Part shown: in pieces, positions 11,405 through 23,435 of the stretch
How positions within the stretch are numbered: position 1 is the first letter of the stretch
How the letters are laid out: every line of letters begins with the position of its first letter
NCBI GenBank assembly: GCA_038087875.1
Contig: CM075986.1
Coordinates: forward strand, 2,542,001 to 2,606,000
Source: Malacoraja senta
Lineage: Eukaryota
DNA length: 64,000 nucleotides
Direction of reading: 5' to 3'
Program-made: the position numbers and the translations under genes
Notes under the pieces: generated by a model
The model's database searches: none
Told to the model about the DNA's origin: nothing
The model's input: the letters and a program-made list of their open reading frames with translations, nothing else

Positions 11405-11986
11405 GGCCCTGTTTCTGTCCTGTATGACTCTATAATGGAGCCTAGTCCCTTTCTGTGCTTTGTTGGTATAACAGTTGGGAGCCACCTCTCAGAGCTTGCA
11501 CCAGGTCAGACCTGGGTTGGAGGCCCTTTCACTTCCATGAGGATTCAGGATTATGGATTTGAATGAGAGGGGAAAGCCGATTTAAAAAAAAGTTTAATGT
11601 TCTTAATTATTTGTGCCTTTGGGTATTTTATTAATCTCTATTTTTTCTTTAATTGCTTACTTAAATTTTAATACATAAATGTCAGAGACATCTAGAATTT
11701 GTTTAAAAAAAACCTTAAAAGTTCTTACAAATGGATAAGTTCTGCCCCCAGCTTTGTTTTTGCTAAAACCCATCACTGGGGTGGTGGGTGAAGACCTCTG
11801 CACTACAGCTGCCCTGGTCTAGGTTGTGCTCAGACTGTGCTGCAGAACATGAGCAATTGCAATGAGATGGGCCAGTGTCAATGCATGGAGAATGTTTGGG
11901 TGGGGTGTAGTTACCTGGCTGGTTCTAGTTTTATCAATGGCTCAATTTTTTTTTATATTGTCACATGTATCCGGTCCAGTGATGCA

Positions 11987-12100
11987 CCCGAAATGTCACC
12001 CGTTCCTCCTCTCCAGAGATGCTGCCCGTCCCGCTGATCTACTCCAGCATTTTGTGTCTATCTTTGGTGTAAACCAGCATCCGCAGTTCCTTCCTACACA
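11987..12100 (+). mobile_element. Penelope pLTR unit with 3' tail and partial hammerhead
   Basis: CCCGAAATGTCACCC...GTGTCTATCTTTGGTGTAAACCAGCATCCGCAGTTCCTTCCTACACA. Confidence 0.75.
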
Positions 12101-13004
12101 GTGACATACATTGTTTTTGCATACAGCTCTTCCAAGACTATCCCTGTACATAAACACAACCCCCCGGTTAGTGCAGACTGTATAGACCAGCCCACTGAAT
12201 TCATACGCAAGAGGCGCCATTTCGGCACCATTTTACAATCCCAGCTGTATCTGGCCACAAAGGCCCATTGCAACTGTCGCCTCCACCAGTTGGTCCCATG
12301 ACCGTTGTCCTTCTCCTCTTCAGCTCTTATTTCCCAGGGGGTGCCTCCTGCAGCCGACCTCGAGGGTGTGGAAGGAAAGAGCACCCCCGCTCCAGTCATC
12401 TTACCAGGCCCTTAGTCCAGCGTCCGCCACCATTGCCATTTCCCACCACCTCCTCTCCGATTCCCGGTCCATGGAGCAAGCAGGGGCTGGTCTTGGCGGA
12501 CTTTATTTTGTTATTGGGGAGAATCATTGATCTCTGAAATGATGCAAGAGGAAAAGATTTATTGTTGGCAATCAGGAAAGGGAATGGACAGGTTCCTTCA
12601 GATGGACAACAACTTGAATTATAAAATGTGGAATGCTTCTCCAGGATAACAGTGACCATGGGTTTCCAGAGCTTGCTTTGCTGCATACATTCATAAGTGA
12701 TAGAAGCAGAATTAGGCCATTCGGCCCATCAAGTCTACTCCACCATTCAATCATGGCTGATCTATCTCTCCCTCTCAACTCCATTCTCCTGCCATCTGCG
12801 CAGAAGCCCCGACACCAACTACATTGGTTGGAGCAAAATTCTTGCACCTAAAACACGTGTTTTTTTATCCACGGGCATCTGTGAGTGTAAACCTGGGCTC
12901 AGAATGGAATGCATGAATTTGAAATAGCATTATTATGCTGGACCATATTTAGTTCCTGTCTTCCTTTCCATTACTTTGCAATCAAAACTTGCTGAATGAA
13001 ATTC

Positions 13005-13545
13005 CATAGAGCGTGGAAACAGGCCCTTTGGCCCAACTTGCCCACACCGACCAACATGCCCCAACTACGGCAGTCCCACCATATCCCTCTAAACCTATCC
13101 AATCTATGTACATGTCTAAATGTTTCTTAAATGTTGCTATAGTACCTGCATCAACTATCTCCTCTGGCATCTCATTACATACACCTACCACCTTTTGTGT
13201 GAAAAAGTTAACCCTCAGATTCCTATGAAATCTTTCTCCCCTCACCTTAAACCTGTGTAGTCTGGTGCTCGATTCCCCTACTCTGGATAAAAGACTTACT
13301 TACCCGTTCTATTCCTCTCATTAATTTGTACATCTCTGTAAGATCACCCTTCATCCTCCTGCACTAGTCTGCTCAACCTCTCCCTAGAGCTTAAGCCCAA
13401 GAGTCCTGGCAACATCCTCGTAAATCTTTTATACAAACTCCAGTTTGACAACATCTTTCCTATAACATGGTGAACAGAACTGAACACAATATCCTAAATG
13501 TGGCTTCACTATTAAACAACTGTAACGTAACCTCCCAACTTCTAT
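13005..13545 (-). mobile_element. CR1 (HER1-like) LINE 3' fragment
   Basis: ORF 12982-13245 RGERFHRNLRVNFFTQKVVGVCNEMPEEIVDAGTIATFKKHLDMY is the CR1 ORF2 C-terminus. Confidence 0.88.
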
Positions 13546-13630
13546 ATTTGTACGTACTGGATAGCACGCAACAAAAGCTGTTCACTGTATCTCTGTACAT
13601 GTGACAATAAACTAAACTAAACTACTTAGT

Positions 13631-13724
13631 ATAGACACAAAAAAATGGAGTAATTCAGTGGATGAGCCAGCATCTCTGTAGAAAAGGAATAGGTGACGTT
13701 TCAGGTCGGGACCCTTCTTCAAAC
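13631..13724 (-). mobile_element. Penelope pLTR-derived hammerhead unit
   Basis: Minus strand GTTTGAAGAAGGGTCCCGACCTGAAACGTCACC. Confidence 0.75.
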
Positions 13725-14255
13725 CCAGAACCCCCTGAAAAGTTGCATGTGGGGGGATATTTGAAGTTTGAACAAATAAATTTTAGTTCAGAGACCAGGA
13801 CTAGAACGTTCTATTTACAGGAGCAAGAAGCCAATACAAGGATCCGTGGATAATTAGATCCCATAAAGACAGAGCAGTGAGAGTAAATGAGCACTAGTAC
13901 CTGGAAATTGAATTTCACCTTCTCCAAACTGTTGTGTTTTGCACAGGAAGGTGGGAATTTCGATGAAAAGACACTTGAAACATGCTTAGGTGGTTTAACC
14001 CAAAGGATGTACACAAAAACTAGATTTATGTGATTCCAAATATGACCAGGTTCAGTTTTCTGCTGTTTCAGACACTTTGATGTGCATCTGTCTGGGAAGG
14101 ATGTCAGTTCTTAAAAGCGTACAAAAATGGACATACCAGAAACACTGAGCAGACCAGGCAGCATGTGTGGAGAGTGAAACGGAGTCCACACTTCAAATTG
14201 AAGTCCCTTCATTTGGATATTTAATAATCTTCCTCCATCTGAATTATAACCCCCT

Positions 14256-14500
14256 CACAGCGCGGAAGCAGGCCATTCGGCCCACTTAGTCCACGTCGAC
14301 CAGCAATTCCCATACACTAACACTATCCTACACATTAAGGACAATTTACAATTCTTACCAAAGCCAATTAACCTACAAACCGGTATGTCTTTGGAGTGTG
14401 GGAGGAAACCGAAGTACCCGGGGAAATCCCACGCGGTCACGGGGAGAACGTACAAACTCCGTACATGCAGCACCCATAGTCAGGATCGAACACAGGTCTC
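14256..14500 (-). mobile_element. V-SINE
   Basis: Reverse-complement V core (CTTTGGAGTGTGGGAGGAAACCG) and B box (CAGGATCGAAC). Confidence 0.88.
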
Positions 14501-14569
14501 TTATTTATTTTTGGTACCTGGACAAAAACAATGATTTGAGTACGAGGTTCCAACAACAATATTATGATG

Positions 14570-14830
14570 AATTTAGATGAGAGGGAAATGTGATCCAGGA
14601 TACTTGGAGAAAAGCCAGTGCTCTGTGTCAGTCAGTGGCACGGGATCGCTGACATTCACTCGAGCAGATGGACTGATCCTCTGTTTCATGTCCCATCTGG
14701 AAGACAGCACCTTTGACAGCACAGCACACAATTTCTTCAGCTTTGCAATGAAATATCACCTTAGATTAAGTGCTCAACTCTCTGGAACAAGACATGTACT
14801 CACAAACACATGAGCAGTGAGCCAGACTGG
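14570..14830 (-). mobile_element. Ancient DeuSINE-like relic (AmnSINE1/SacSINE1 group)
   Basis: Minus strand GCTGTGCTGTCAAAGGTGCTGTCTTCCAGATGGGACATGAAACAGAGG resembles the Deu-domain core as I recall it (GCTGCACTGTCGGAGGTGCCGTCTTTCGGATGAGACGTTAAACCGAGG). Confidence 0.55.
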
Positions 14831-15416
14831 TATTTCCATCACACACACAAAAAAAAGTTAACCGTGGGTGTTGAAATTCAGGGTGAAAAGTAAATATAGC
14901 TGACCAAAATATAGCCTTACATTTTGTAAATGAATAAGCCACAATCAATACACTAAATATAAGCAAGATAAAAACAGAAAATTATGGAGTAGTCAGGCGG
15001 TAAAGATGGAGAAATAAATCAAAGTAATAGTGAGAATTTTGCAGTCAATGGCACAACTATAGCTACCTCCATAAACAAAGAAAACTAATACTAAGATCGA
15101 CCAGTTGGTATGGAATATGTTTCCACTTCCTCACGTTCAAAGGGATCTGGAACATTCAGAAACAGTCAATAAAGAGTTGTGAGGAATTCTTTGACTCAAA
15201 AAAACAGAAAGTAAAAGAGTGCTGATATTTAACTAAAGCAAAACAAATTCTGTGGATGCCAGAAATCTGAAGTGAAAACGTAAATTGTTGGATATACTCA
15301 GTAGGCTTGGGGACATCTGCAGAGAGAGAAACAGAGTGAATGACTGTCTTCAAAACTCTGCCAATCCCCAGCTGCTGAAACATTTTACAAGCAAACCAAG
15401 GATTGCAAAATACAGG

Positions 15417-16095
15417 TGGACACAAAGTGCTGGAGTAATCAGCGATTCAGGAAGCATCTCTGGAGAACATGGATAGGTGATGTTTCTGGTTGTGATCTTC
15501 AGACTGATTGTGGTGGGAAGGCTGAAAGAGAGGAAGGGTAAAGCCTGATTGGTGATAGATGGATAGCTCTGAGGGTGATTTTTGATAGGCAGATGGTTGG
15601 ACAACGGCCAGATATGAAAAAACAAAAGGTTGAATGGCGGTGCAGGCTCGAAGGGCCGAATAGCCTACTCCTGCACCTATTTTCTATGTTTCTATGTGTG
15701 AGATGAGTATAGAAGAGGTGACAATTGTGAACCCAGAAGAAGGAATATAGATGGAAGGGGAGGAATGGGTGCAAGTCTAAGTGGGGCACAGGGAAAAGAG
15801 GAGGAAGGGAAGGGAAAAAAGAGGGGTTGATTGTAGGTTAGTTACCAAAAATTGGAGAAATTCAATGTTCACACCATTCGGTTGTAAGCCACCCAAGCAG
15901 TTTGCATGTGTCCTTACTCTGGCAATAGAGGAGACCCAGGACAGAAAGGTCAGTATGGGAAGGGGAGTTAAAATGGTTAGCAGGGAGGTCCAGCAGGCCT
16001 TGGCGGAGCGAACACCAGTGTTCAGCAAAGCGGTCACTGAGTCCATGCTTAGTTTTGTCGATGTAATGGAATACCGAATGTCGTAGTTTCGCCAA
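15417..16095 (-). mobile_element. Penelope-like element fragment: GIY-YIG endonuclease C-terminal part plus pLTR
   Basis: YIDKTKHGLSDRFAEHWCSLRQGLLDLPANHFNSPSHTDLSVLGLLYCQS and LGGLQPNGVNIEF match the PLE GIY-YIG signature YIGETKR.L..RF.EH...VA.HFN...LQP.G.N. A decayed hammerhead unit lies at 15417-15506. Confidence 0.85.
15630..15696 (+). mobile_element. 67-bp CR1 3' tip inserted in the Penelope fragment
   Basis: TTGAATGGCGGTGCAGGCTCGAAGGGCCGAATAGCCTACTCCTGCACCTATTTTCTATGTTTCTATG is nearly identical to 35401-35467. Confidence 0.9.
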
Positions 16096-16104
16096 ACACA
16101 CCAT

Positions 16105-16819
16105 GGCCTACTGGATCTCCATTGCTAACCATTTTAACTTCCCTTCCCTTTTCCATACTGACCATTCTGTCTTGGGCTTCCTGCATTGCCAGAGTGAGGC
16201 CACACAAACAGGAGGAACTACCTCATATTCTGCTGGGCCAGCTTACAACCTAATGTGTGAACATTGGATTCTCCAATTTTATGTAACCAATCCTGAAGCA
16301 GCCCCTCCTTTTTTTATTTCCCTTCCACCCCTCTTCTCAGTGCCTCAAATGGACTTGCACCTATTTCTCTCCTTCACACTCCCCTTGTACCTCTATTCCT
16401 CCCTCTGGCTTCACAATTCGTACCATTTCGATTGTTATACCTTTTGCCATTTCATCTCTGGCCTTTGTCCAACTATCTGCCTATCAACCCCCCCTCCCCC
16501 CAACATCTATCCCCGCTCAACTGTATCCATCTATCACTTGTCAGGCTTTATCCTACCCATTCTGTCTTCCAGCTTCCTCCTCCCACCCTCACCACAATTA
16601 GTCTGACATCACCTATCATGTTCTCCAGAGCACAGTTATCTTACTGAATCTATCTCTCCAATAAAAATGGGTACTGATGTCCAATGAATTTCATTCATCT
16701 GATCTTTTCAAAACATAAGGAATTCTAAACTAAACATAAATCTTTGAGATGCTGCCTGACCTGCTGACTCACTCCGGCACTTATTTTGGTAAACCCGCAC
16801 TTGCAGTTCATTGTTTCTT
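16105..16819 (+). mobile_element. Penelope-like element fragment (inverted partner of 15417-16095)
   Basis: IANHFNFPSLFHTDHSVLGFLHCQSEAT, then a pyrimidine-rich UTR, a pLTR with deleted hammerhead core (AGTCTGA-CATCACC) and a tail to 16819. Interrupted by 16631-16745. Confidence 0.8.
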
Positions 16820-17592
16820 CAAAACATGGGGGAATTGAATTTACACAGTTATAATCACACCATTTAAAGTATTCATTTTATTTTAATTCTGAGCAGATTC
16901 TTTTTATAGACATTTTATACAATCGTCTGACAGATATTCTTTGTGGTTTGAAAATAAATCAATAAGACTGCTGTTTTGATGTGTATCATTACTGGATGCT
17001 GTCATGGTAATGATAACAACACTGTTACCATTCACTATTAACATACCAAGGAGCTGACTACGGCCTCTGGATTTCTGTGTGTGTGTGTATTCTGATGCAG
17101 AAATACCACTAATAATTTCACAGATGCAATGCACCTCCATAGACTGTGTTGGTGACATTGTTCTCAATGGGTTCACATATTGTCACAAGTTCACATATTG
17201 TCATGTGTGCACTGCACGGTGTAATTCTTTTTGCATAGATCGCACATGCACCAGTCGCCATATTTTGGCGCCATTTAAAAAAGTTCAAAGTTCGCTCGAC
17301 GTGCTCATGGACTGTAGTGGCTCCCAATGCAGGTGAACCCCAGGCTGCTGCAGGACCTCCTCCATTTGCTTGGCCCACAAACGAATGCCCCTCTCCTTGC
17401 CCGACCACCTTTGTGTCCCGGGGGCGCCTCTTGCAGCCGACTTTGAAGGCACTGGAGGCATTACCCCTCTCACCCTTGACTCCAGAACTGCTCCACCATG
17501 TTTGAGGTAAGAAATAGAGAAAGTTTCCCAATCGAAAATGGAATTTGATTATTGTGCTTTTAAAAGAAAACCACCCTGCTCTGGTAGACGAT

Positions 17593-17725
17593 TGTGTAGG
17601 AAGGAACTGCAGGTCCTGGTTTACCCGAAGATAGGCACAAAATGCGGGAACATCTCTGGATAGAAAGAATGGGTGACGTTTTAGGTCAAGACCCTTCTTC
17701 AGACTAAAGAAGTCTGAAGTGTCTA
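17593..17725. mobile_element. Inverted-pair hammerhead/pLTR mini-element with 12-bp TSD
   Basis: Minus copy with tail (17593-17705; AGTCTGAAGAAGGGTCTTGACCTAAAACGTCACCC), then a collapsed plus copy AGTCTGAAG-TGTCTA. Flanks are TCTGGTAGACGA (17580-17591) and TCTGGTAGAAGA (17726-17737). Confidence 0.8.
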
Positions 17726-19016
17726 TCTGGTAGAAGACTGGTTAGTTTAAGCTAGTTCCTCATCTTTGGATGATCTTCATCATCCACAGCAATCAAAAGA
17801 CATCACTTGAATTCAACCAGCAAAAATCTTGCCGTATAAAGTGCAAGTGAACTTTTGATGTGCTAAGGCATAATTACTGCTTGGGAATCTATCTCTCCAA
17901 TAAAAATTGATACAGGGTATGTACGGTATATGCAATGAATTTTCATTCATCTGATTATTTCAAAACGTAAGAAATTCTAAACCAAACATAAATCTTTTTT
18001 AAAATGACAGTGATATTTCATTGCGCAGACATATTTGTAAACTCCAATCTTTACCTAATTCTTTATCATTTGAGAAATTCTGCATGTGGGAATAAGAATG
18101 GAAGAAATAGAAGTGGTAGAACATTTGGTCATTCATAGGTGCTCTTTCCGTTCAGTGTCACTTTCCTGTACTAACCCTACACGAACTTTCGATATTTTTA
18201 AGGTGGTTGATTGAAAGCTTGATTGAACAAAACTGGAAAAAAATAGTCAGAATTGTTGCTGCTCTGCACAAAGTTTCTTTCCACCTCGACTAAAAGGTTT
18301 TATTGATTCTGAAGTTATAATAAAACAAAAATTAAGAATCTTTGCTGATGTAGAGCTGTGTGATGAGAGCAATGCTTTCAGACTGACGGGACAGGCCAGT
18401 AAGACAAAACCAGGGAGATGTGGCTACTTACAAAAGGCCGCTTTGCAGCAGATTTGTTTTTGTATTGAAAGATAGTAACAGTTTTTTAAAAATCGGTGTT
18501 GCTTTGAGTTCAACTCAAAGCTTCTGGAGATGATCAGATGTCCTGTGCACCCTTGCAGGTGAAGGTAAATGGATGGTCAATAGAAGGTGGGAAGAAGTGA
18601 AGAACAGCAGCAAGGCATTTATTCTGCAAGTGGGCCAAATTAGTTTGAGGGATTTGTGATAATTACAGTGAGATGATAATTAGCAAGGCAACATTGGAGA
18701 CCACCATGGAGAAACAAGTAGAACTGGAAATTAAATCATGTTAGAAGAAAAAGACCAATAATAATTGCTACAGGTGATTTCAATTATCCAGAAATAGATT
18801 CAGATCAGAACAAGGTACCGCCAAGGGAAATTCAGGCAGGAGTGAGAAGAACAAATTAAAGGGATTAAAACATGACAGCCTTTTAATACTGAAAGTAGCA
18901 GTAAAGCAGTTGATATTATGGATTATCATTTAGTAATACCAGCTAGAAGTCTGTAGTAATATAAATGCACCAAATGAATAAAATATTTATTTCCTAGTTT
19001 TTTTGCTAAATGTACA

Positions 19017-19320
19017 GAGGTGGCACAATGGCGCAATGGTAAATCGACTACCTTACAGCACCAGAGACCCAGGTTTGATCCTGACCATGGGTGTTGTCTG
19101 TACACAGTTAGTATGCTCTCCCTGTGACTGCGTGGGTTTTCCCTGGGTGCTCCAGTTTCCTCCCACACACCAAAAACATACAAATTTGTAGGTTAATTGG
19201 CTTTGGTAAAATTGTAAAAATTGTCCCTGGTGTTTAGGATAGTGTTAGTGTATGGGGTAAATGCTGGTTGGTGCAGACTCAGTGGGCCAAAGGGGCTGTT
19301 TTCATACTGTATCTCCAAAG
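19017..19320 (+). mobile_element. V-SINE
   Basis: A/B boxes, V core, CR1-type tail. Confidence 0.88.
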
Positions 19321-19999
19321 CAATGTCTGAGGAATATTGAATGTTTAAATTATAAAAAAGAACTGCAACAATAATATAGAGTTGCAACAATATGAAGAAT
19401 ATACAATCACTATTATTCTACAAACGTCCACAATTAAGAAATGACCCTCCACGTACTTTATTATTGGCATTAATCATGGTTTAGGAGAATTGAATAATGC
19501 GGCACTGTGGAAAGACCGCATTCATCAGGATACTGTTAAGTACCAGGCTATAATTTGAGCTAAAGACAGATCCTGCAGTTTATTTAAATCTGCAGCAAAC
19601 TCAAGGTTATTCTGTCAAAGATCTCGAAATACTATGACAATAACTGTAACCTAATCACTTTTCCACTTGTTCTCAGCTTTTGATTAACTGCGGCCATATT
19701 TTGTACTTGAACAAGCTGGGACAATACTAAAACATTTTTAGTATTGCCTGCAATTTGTGGCCACAAGTCATATATCAAAACTGTTGACCTTGAACAGGAG
19801 TAATTCAGGAAATAAACCATGAGGAACACCAATGTACACCCTTGAATTTTAACTCGCCATTTCTAAAGGATACACAAATCTTTCTGCCAGTAATCTTGTT
19901 CAGCTTTACAACTTGCCACTCTATTCGCCACAGACCATTTTAAAACTGAGCCACCATGATTGCAATCCCACTTCAAGATCATGTATGTTTTGTATGGAA

Positions 20000-20272
20000 A
20001 TAGAATGTGGAAACAGGCCCACCGAGTCCACGACGACCCGTTCACACTGGTTCTATGTTATCCCACTTCTCATCCACCCCCTACACATTCGGGACAAATT
20101 AAGAAGGTCAATTAATCTACAAACCGTCATTAGAATCTGGGAGGAAACCGGAGCACCCATAGTAAGCCCATGACATTGCAGGGAGAACATACAAACTCCA
20201 TATAGACACAGCATCTCTGATCATGGTGGAACCCAGGTCTCTGGTCCTCGACCAGTTGCGCCACTGTGCTGC
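20000..20272 (-). mobile_element. V-SINE, older copy
   Basis: GGAAACAGGCCC...GGGAGGAAACCGGAGCACCC...GCGCCACTGTGC. Confidence 0.8.
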
Positions 20273-20800
20273 GTTCAATTTATGAAGATGTTAAATACAA
20301 AAGGTCACTGGATGGGATCCACTGAGAATTTTTTACCATGCTGCTAACAACCCACTTTATTCTGCAAGTCAACCAATTATGTGTCCCTTGTAAAGCTTCT
20401 TCATTGAAACTTGCTTCTTTTATTCTCAGTACCAGCTTTTCCAGCAAACTACATTAACGATCACATTGAAGTCTGCCTGTACCAGTTCCACTCTGAGCTA
20501 GCTTTGTCATAATAGTTTGAAACTGGGTTAGGGAGTTGAAAATGCAATGATTCTGATTGAATTATAATTGTTGCAGAGCTAAAGCAAGCAACCGCCTCTG
20601 ACAAGTACAGCTCAAAACAAGTGGTCTTTCTGAAGCAGCACCACTTCACCCTCTGCTGAGCTGCTAAGCTTCTCACTTCGATATTTTCGGTGGATTTTGG
20701 AACTGTTACATCAGTAATACTAATGCACTGGTGAACCAAGTGCCTTGTATCATGAAAACAAATCTCATAGACCTCTTCTTGTCACTGAATATTGCAAATT

Positions 20801-21095
20801 GTGTGGCACAGTGTTGCAACTGATATTGCTGCTGCCTCACAACGCCAGAGACCTGGGTTTGATCCTGACCTCTGGTGCTGCCTGCGTGGAATTTGCACGA
20901 TCTCTCCGTGGTCGTGTGGGTTACTTCTGGATGTTCCAATTTCCTCCCACATGCCAAAGGCTTGTCAGTTTGTAGGATAATCTGACTCATTAAATTGCCT
21001 TCAGTTTATAGGGAGTAGGAGAGAAAGTAGGGTGGCTAGGTGTTCGATGTCCAAAGGGCCAGTTTCCAAGCTGAATCTTTCAATCAATTAATCAA
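20801..21095 (+). mobile_element. V-SINE, older copy with (TCAA)n tail
   Basis: GGCACAGTG..GGGTTTGATCC..TTTCCTCCCAC..GGGCCAGTTTCC. Confidence 0.8.
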
Positions 21096-21369
21096 AACCT
21101 CCCATCATTAAGAATCTTCAGTTCAGGTCACCATCCAAGTGGTATTCAGAGCTGAAGCTGCTGCTGTAGGATTGATTTGGGACATCCCATCTGACCTTCT
21201 GACATGTACTCTTGTATTCCTATTTCATCTCTGCCATTTCTTCGAGCATTTCCATTAGTCTCAATGCTCCACTGCATTGCCTTGTAACCTATTCCCTCAC
21301 ACGGGCCCATCTACTCTTCTCCCCCCACCCAGTCATTACTCCTATAACCATAATATAAAATTAACAGGT

Positions 21370-21537
21370 ATAATCGCAACGTTTAAAGCAGGTACTATCC
21401 GCAATGTTTAAGAAACCTTTGGACAGGTACATGGATCGGACAGGTTTTGAGGGCCAAATACAGCCAGGTGGGACAAATGAAGATGGGGCAGGGTGGGCAA
21501 GTTGAGCCGAAGGGCCTGTTTCCACGCTCTATGACCC
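21370..21537 (+). mobile_element. CR1 (HER1-like) 3' end
   Basis: GAGCCGAAGGGCCTGTTTCCACGCTCTATGAC tail. Confidence 0.8.
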
Positions 21538-22066
21538 TAACCACAATCCTACCCTCGGATGCAGGTGTATCTTTTTTTAACTTCCTATATTCTTTGCATT
21601 TTCTCTTTTTTGTCATTAGATCATCTTATCCTTTAGTACAAAATTAATCTAATCTCCCAGTTAATCTATCAAATCATGTTCTGGTGAGGGGCAAGAGAGA
21701 GGGGCAAGGGGTGGTGAAAGTGTGCCATTCCCAGCACTAATAACCTGTATTATAATAACGTGTGTAAAACTAGACTTTGGTGGCAAAGGGAACTGTGTTG
21801 TTTTCTGAGTTTCACACATTTACCAGCTTTGGTGGTCCCTGATTATTCGACTTATTTTTTAGTTACTATGTCATCTGTATTAGGTTCACCCCTTGTTTTG
21901 TTTTATTACTGGAACCAGATCAAATAGTTCACCTTTCCATGCTGGAACTACATGCTCCTGCTGAGAAAACAGTCCTGCGCACATTAAACAAAGGATGCTT
22001 TCTCACCGAAAAAAACACACAATCCCAAGCTATTTAAATTTAAAAGTTAAATTAACACACACTGTA

Positions 22067-22350
22067 GGTGGCACACTTGCAGCGCCTAAGACCCGGGTTC
22101 GATCTTGACTACGGATACGGTTTGTACGGAGTTTGTACGTTCTCCCTGTGACCTGCGTGGGCTGTCTCCGAGATCTTCGGTTTCCTCCCACACTCCAAAG
22201 ACGTACAGGTTTGTAGGTTAATTGGCTTGGTATAAGTGTAAATCTGTACCTGGTGTAATTAGGATAGTGTTAATGTGCGGGGATCGCTTTCCCGGCATGG
22301 ATTTGAAGGGCCTGTTTCTGCATGGTATCTTTAAACTAAACTAAACTAAC
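22067..22350 (+). mobile_element. V-SINE
   Basis: B box GGGTTCGATC, V core, (TAAAC)n tail. Confidence 0.88.
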
Positions 22351-22689
22351 ATGTTTATGGTTGTTGCTTGCAAACTGCTTTCTGGGTTTGCTGAATTAAT
22401 AGGTGAGAGATAAGCGTGCATGATCCAGAAGCCATTGCTGAGATTGGTTTATAGGTTGATCATGGTTGAGCATTAAATATCCCAGAGTATCTGCTTTTTC
22501 AACGTGATAGACAAAATGAATGAAGCTGATGGCTTCACCCTGATATATTAAAGAATGAATATTAGTCCAGTGAATCAGGAGGTAGAATTGAGCTGTGAAA
22601 TGTTGGTGTTACATGTAGCTCACAGCAGCTCTTATAATAACCGTAGGATCGATAGAGTTTAACACGGGACATTAGGGCAGCATTGGGTC

Positions 22690-22865
22690 ATAATGTCATA
22701 CTGTGTGGAAACAGACCCTCCTGTCCAATTTGCCCATGCCAATCAACATGCCCATCGACACAAGTGCCACGCCTGCATTTTGCCAATATCCCTCTAAACC
22801 TGTCTTATCCGTGTATGTGTCCAAATATTTTTTAAACGTTGTGGTAGCACCTGCCTTAATTACCT
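22690..22865 (-). mobile_element. CR1 (HER1-like) 3' end
   Basis: Aligns with 10262-10440 and 13005-13150. Confidence 0.75.
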
Positions 22866-23164
22866 AGTGTTAAGGTGGAGCTCGGCCTGCTACAACACTG
22901 GGAAAGGAAAAACAAGTTTTACTCTTTGTACAGGCTACTTTTTGTCTCTTCCCTGGCTGCACACCCCTTGAGACAGAGACAGATCATAAGAAGATCACCC
23001 TCTAACTTAACTGCAGCAGATAAAGAAGAATTAGATTTAGTAGTTGTGGGTGTTGAATTGAGTGACACTTGCTTCACACATTGATCCTTTGCTGTGGAAC
23101 AACACTTGGACAGGTTGGACTTCTTTGCTCTCTGAGGATAGAGTAGAGCTGAGGGGAAAAATCG

Positions 23165-23435
23165 AGGTGCAGTGGCGCAGAAGTACAGTTGCTGCCTTAC
23201 AGGTTTGATCGTGACTACGGGTGCTGTTTGTACAGAGTTTGTACGTTCTCCCTGTGCCACATGGGGGGTTTTCCGGGTGCTCCGATTTCCTCCCATTCTC
23301 CAAAAATGTGCAGATTTTTAGGTTTATTGGCTTCTGTAAATTGTCCCTCTTGTGTCGGATAGAACTAGTGTATGGATGATCATTGTTCGGTGCGGACACA
23401 TTGGGGTGAAGGGCCTGCTTCTCTAAAGTCTAAAC
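23165..23435 (+). mobile_element. V-SINE
   Basis: TGGCGCAG A box, V core, tail. Confidence 0.82.

Noticed and set aside
12200-12500. GC-rich patches with GGCGCCAT motifs (also 17220-17500) as promoters
   Set aside because: Both adjoin Rex-type tail sequence and are more likely non-autonomous repeat bodies. I could not define their boundaries well enough to call them.
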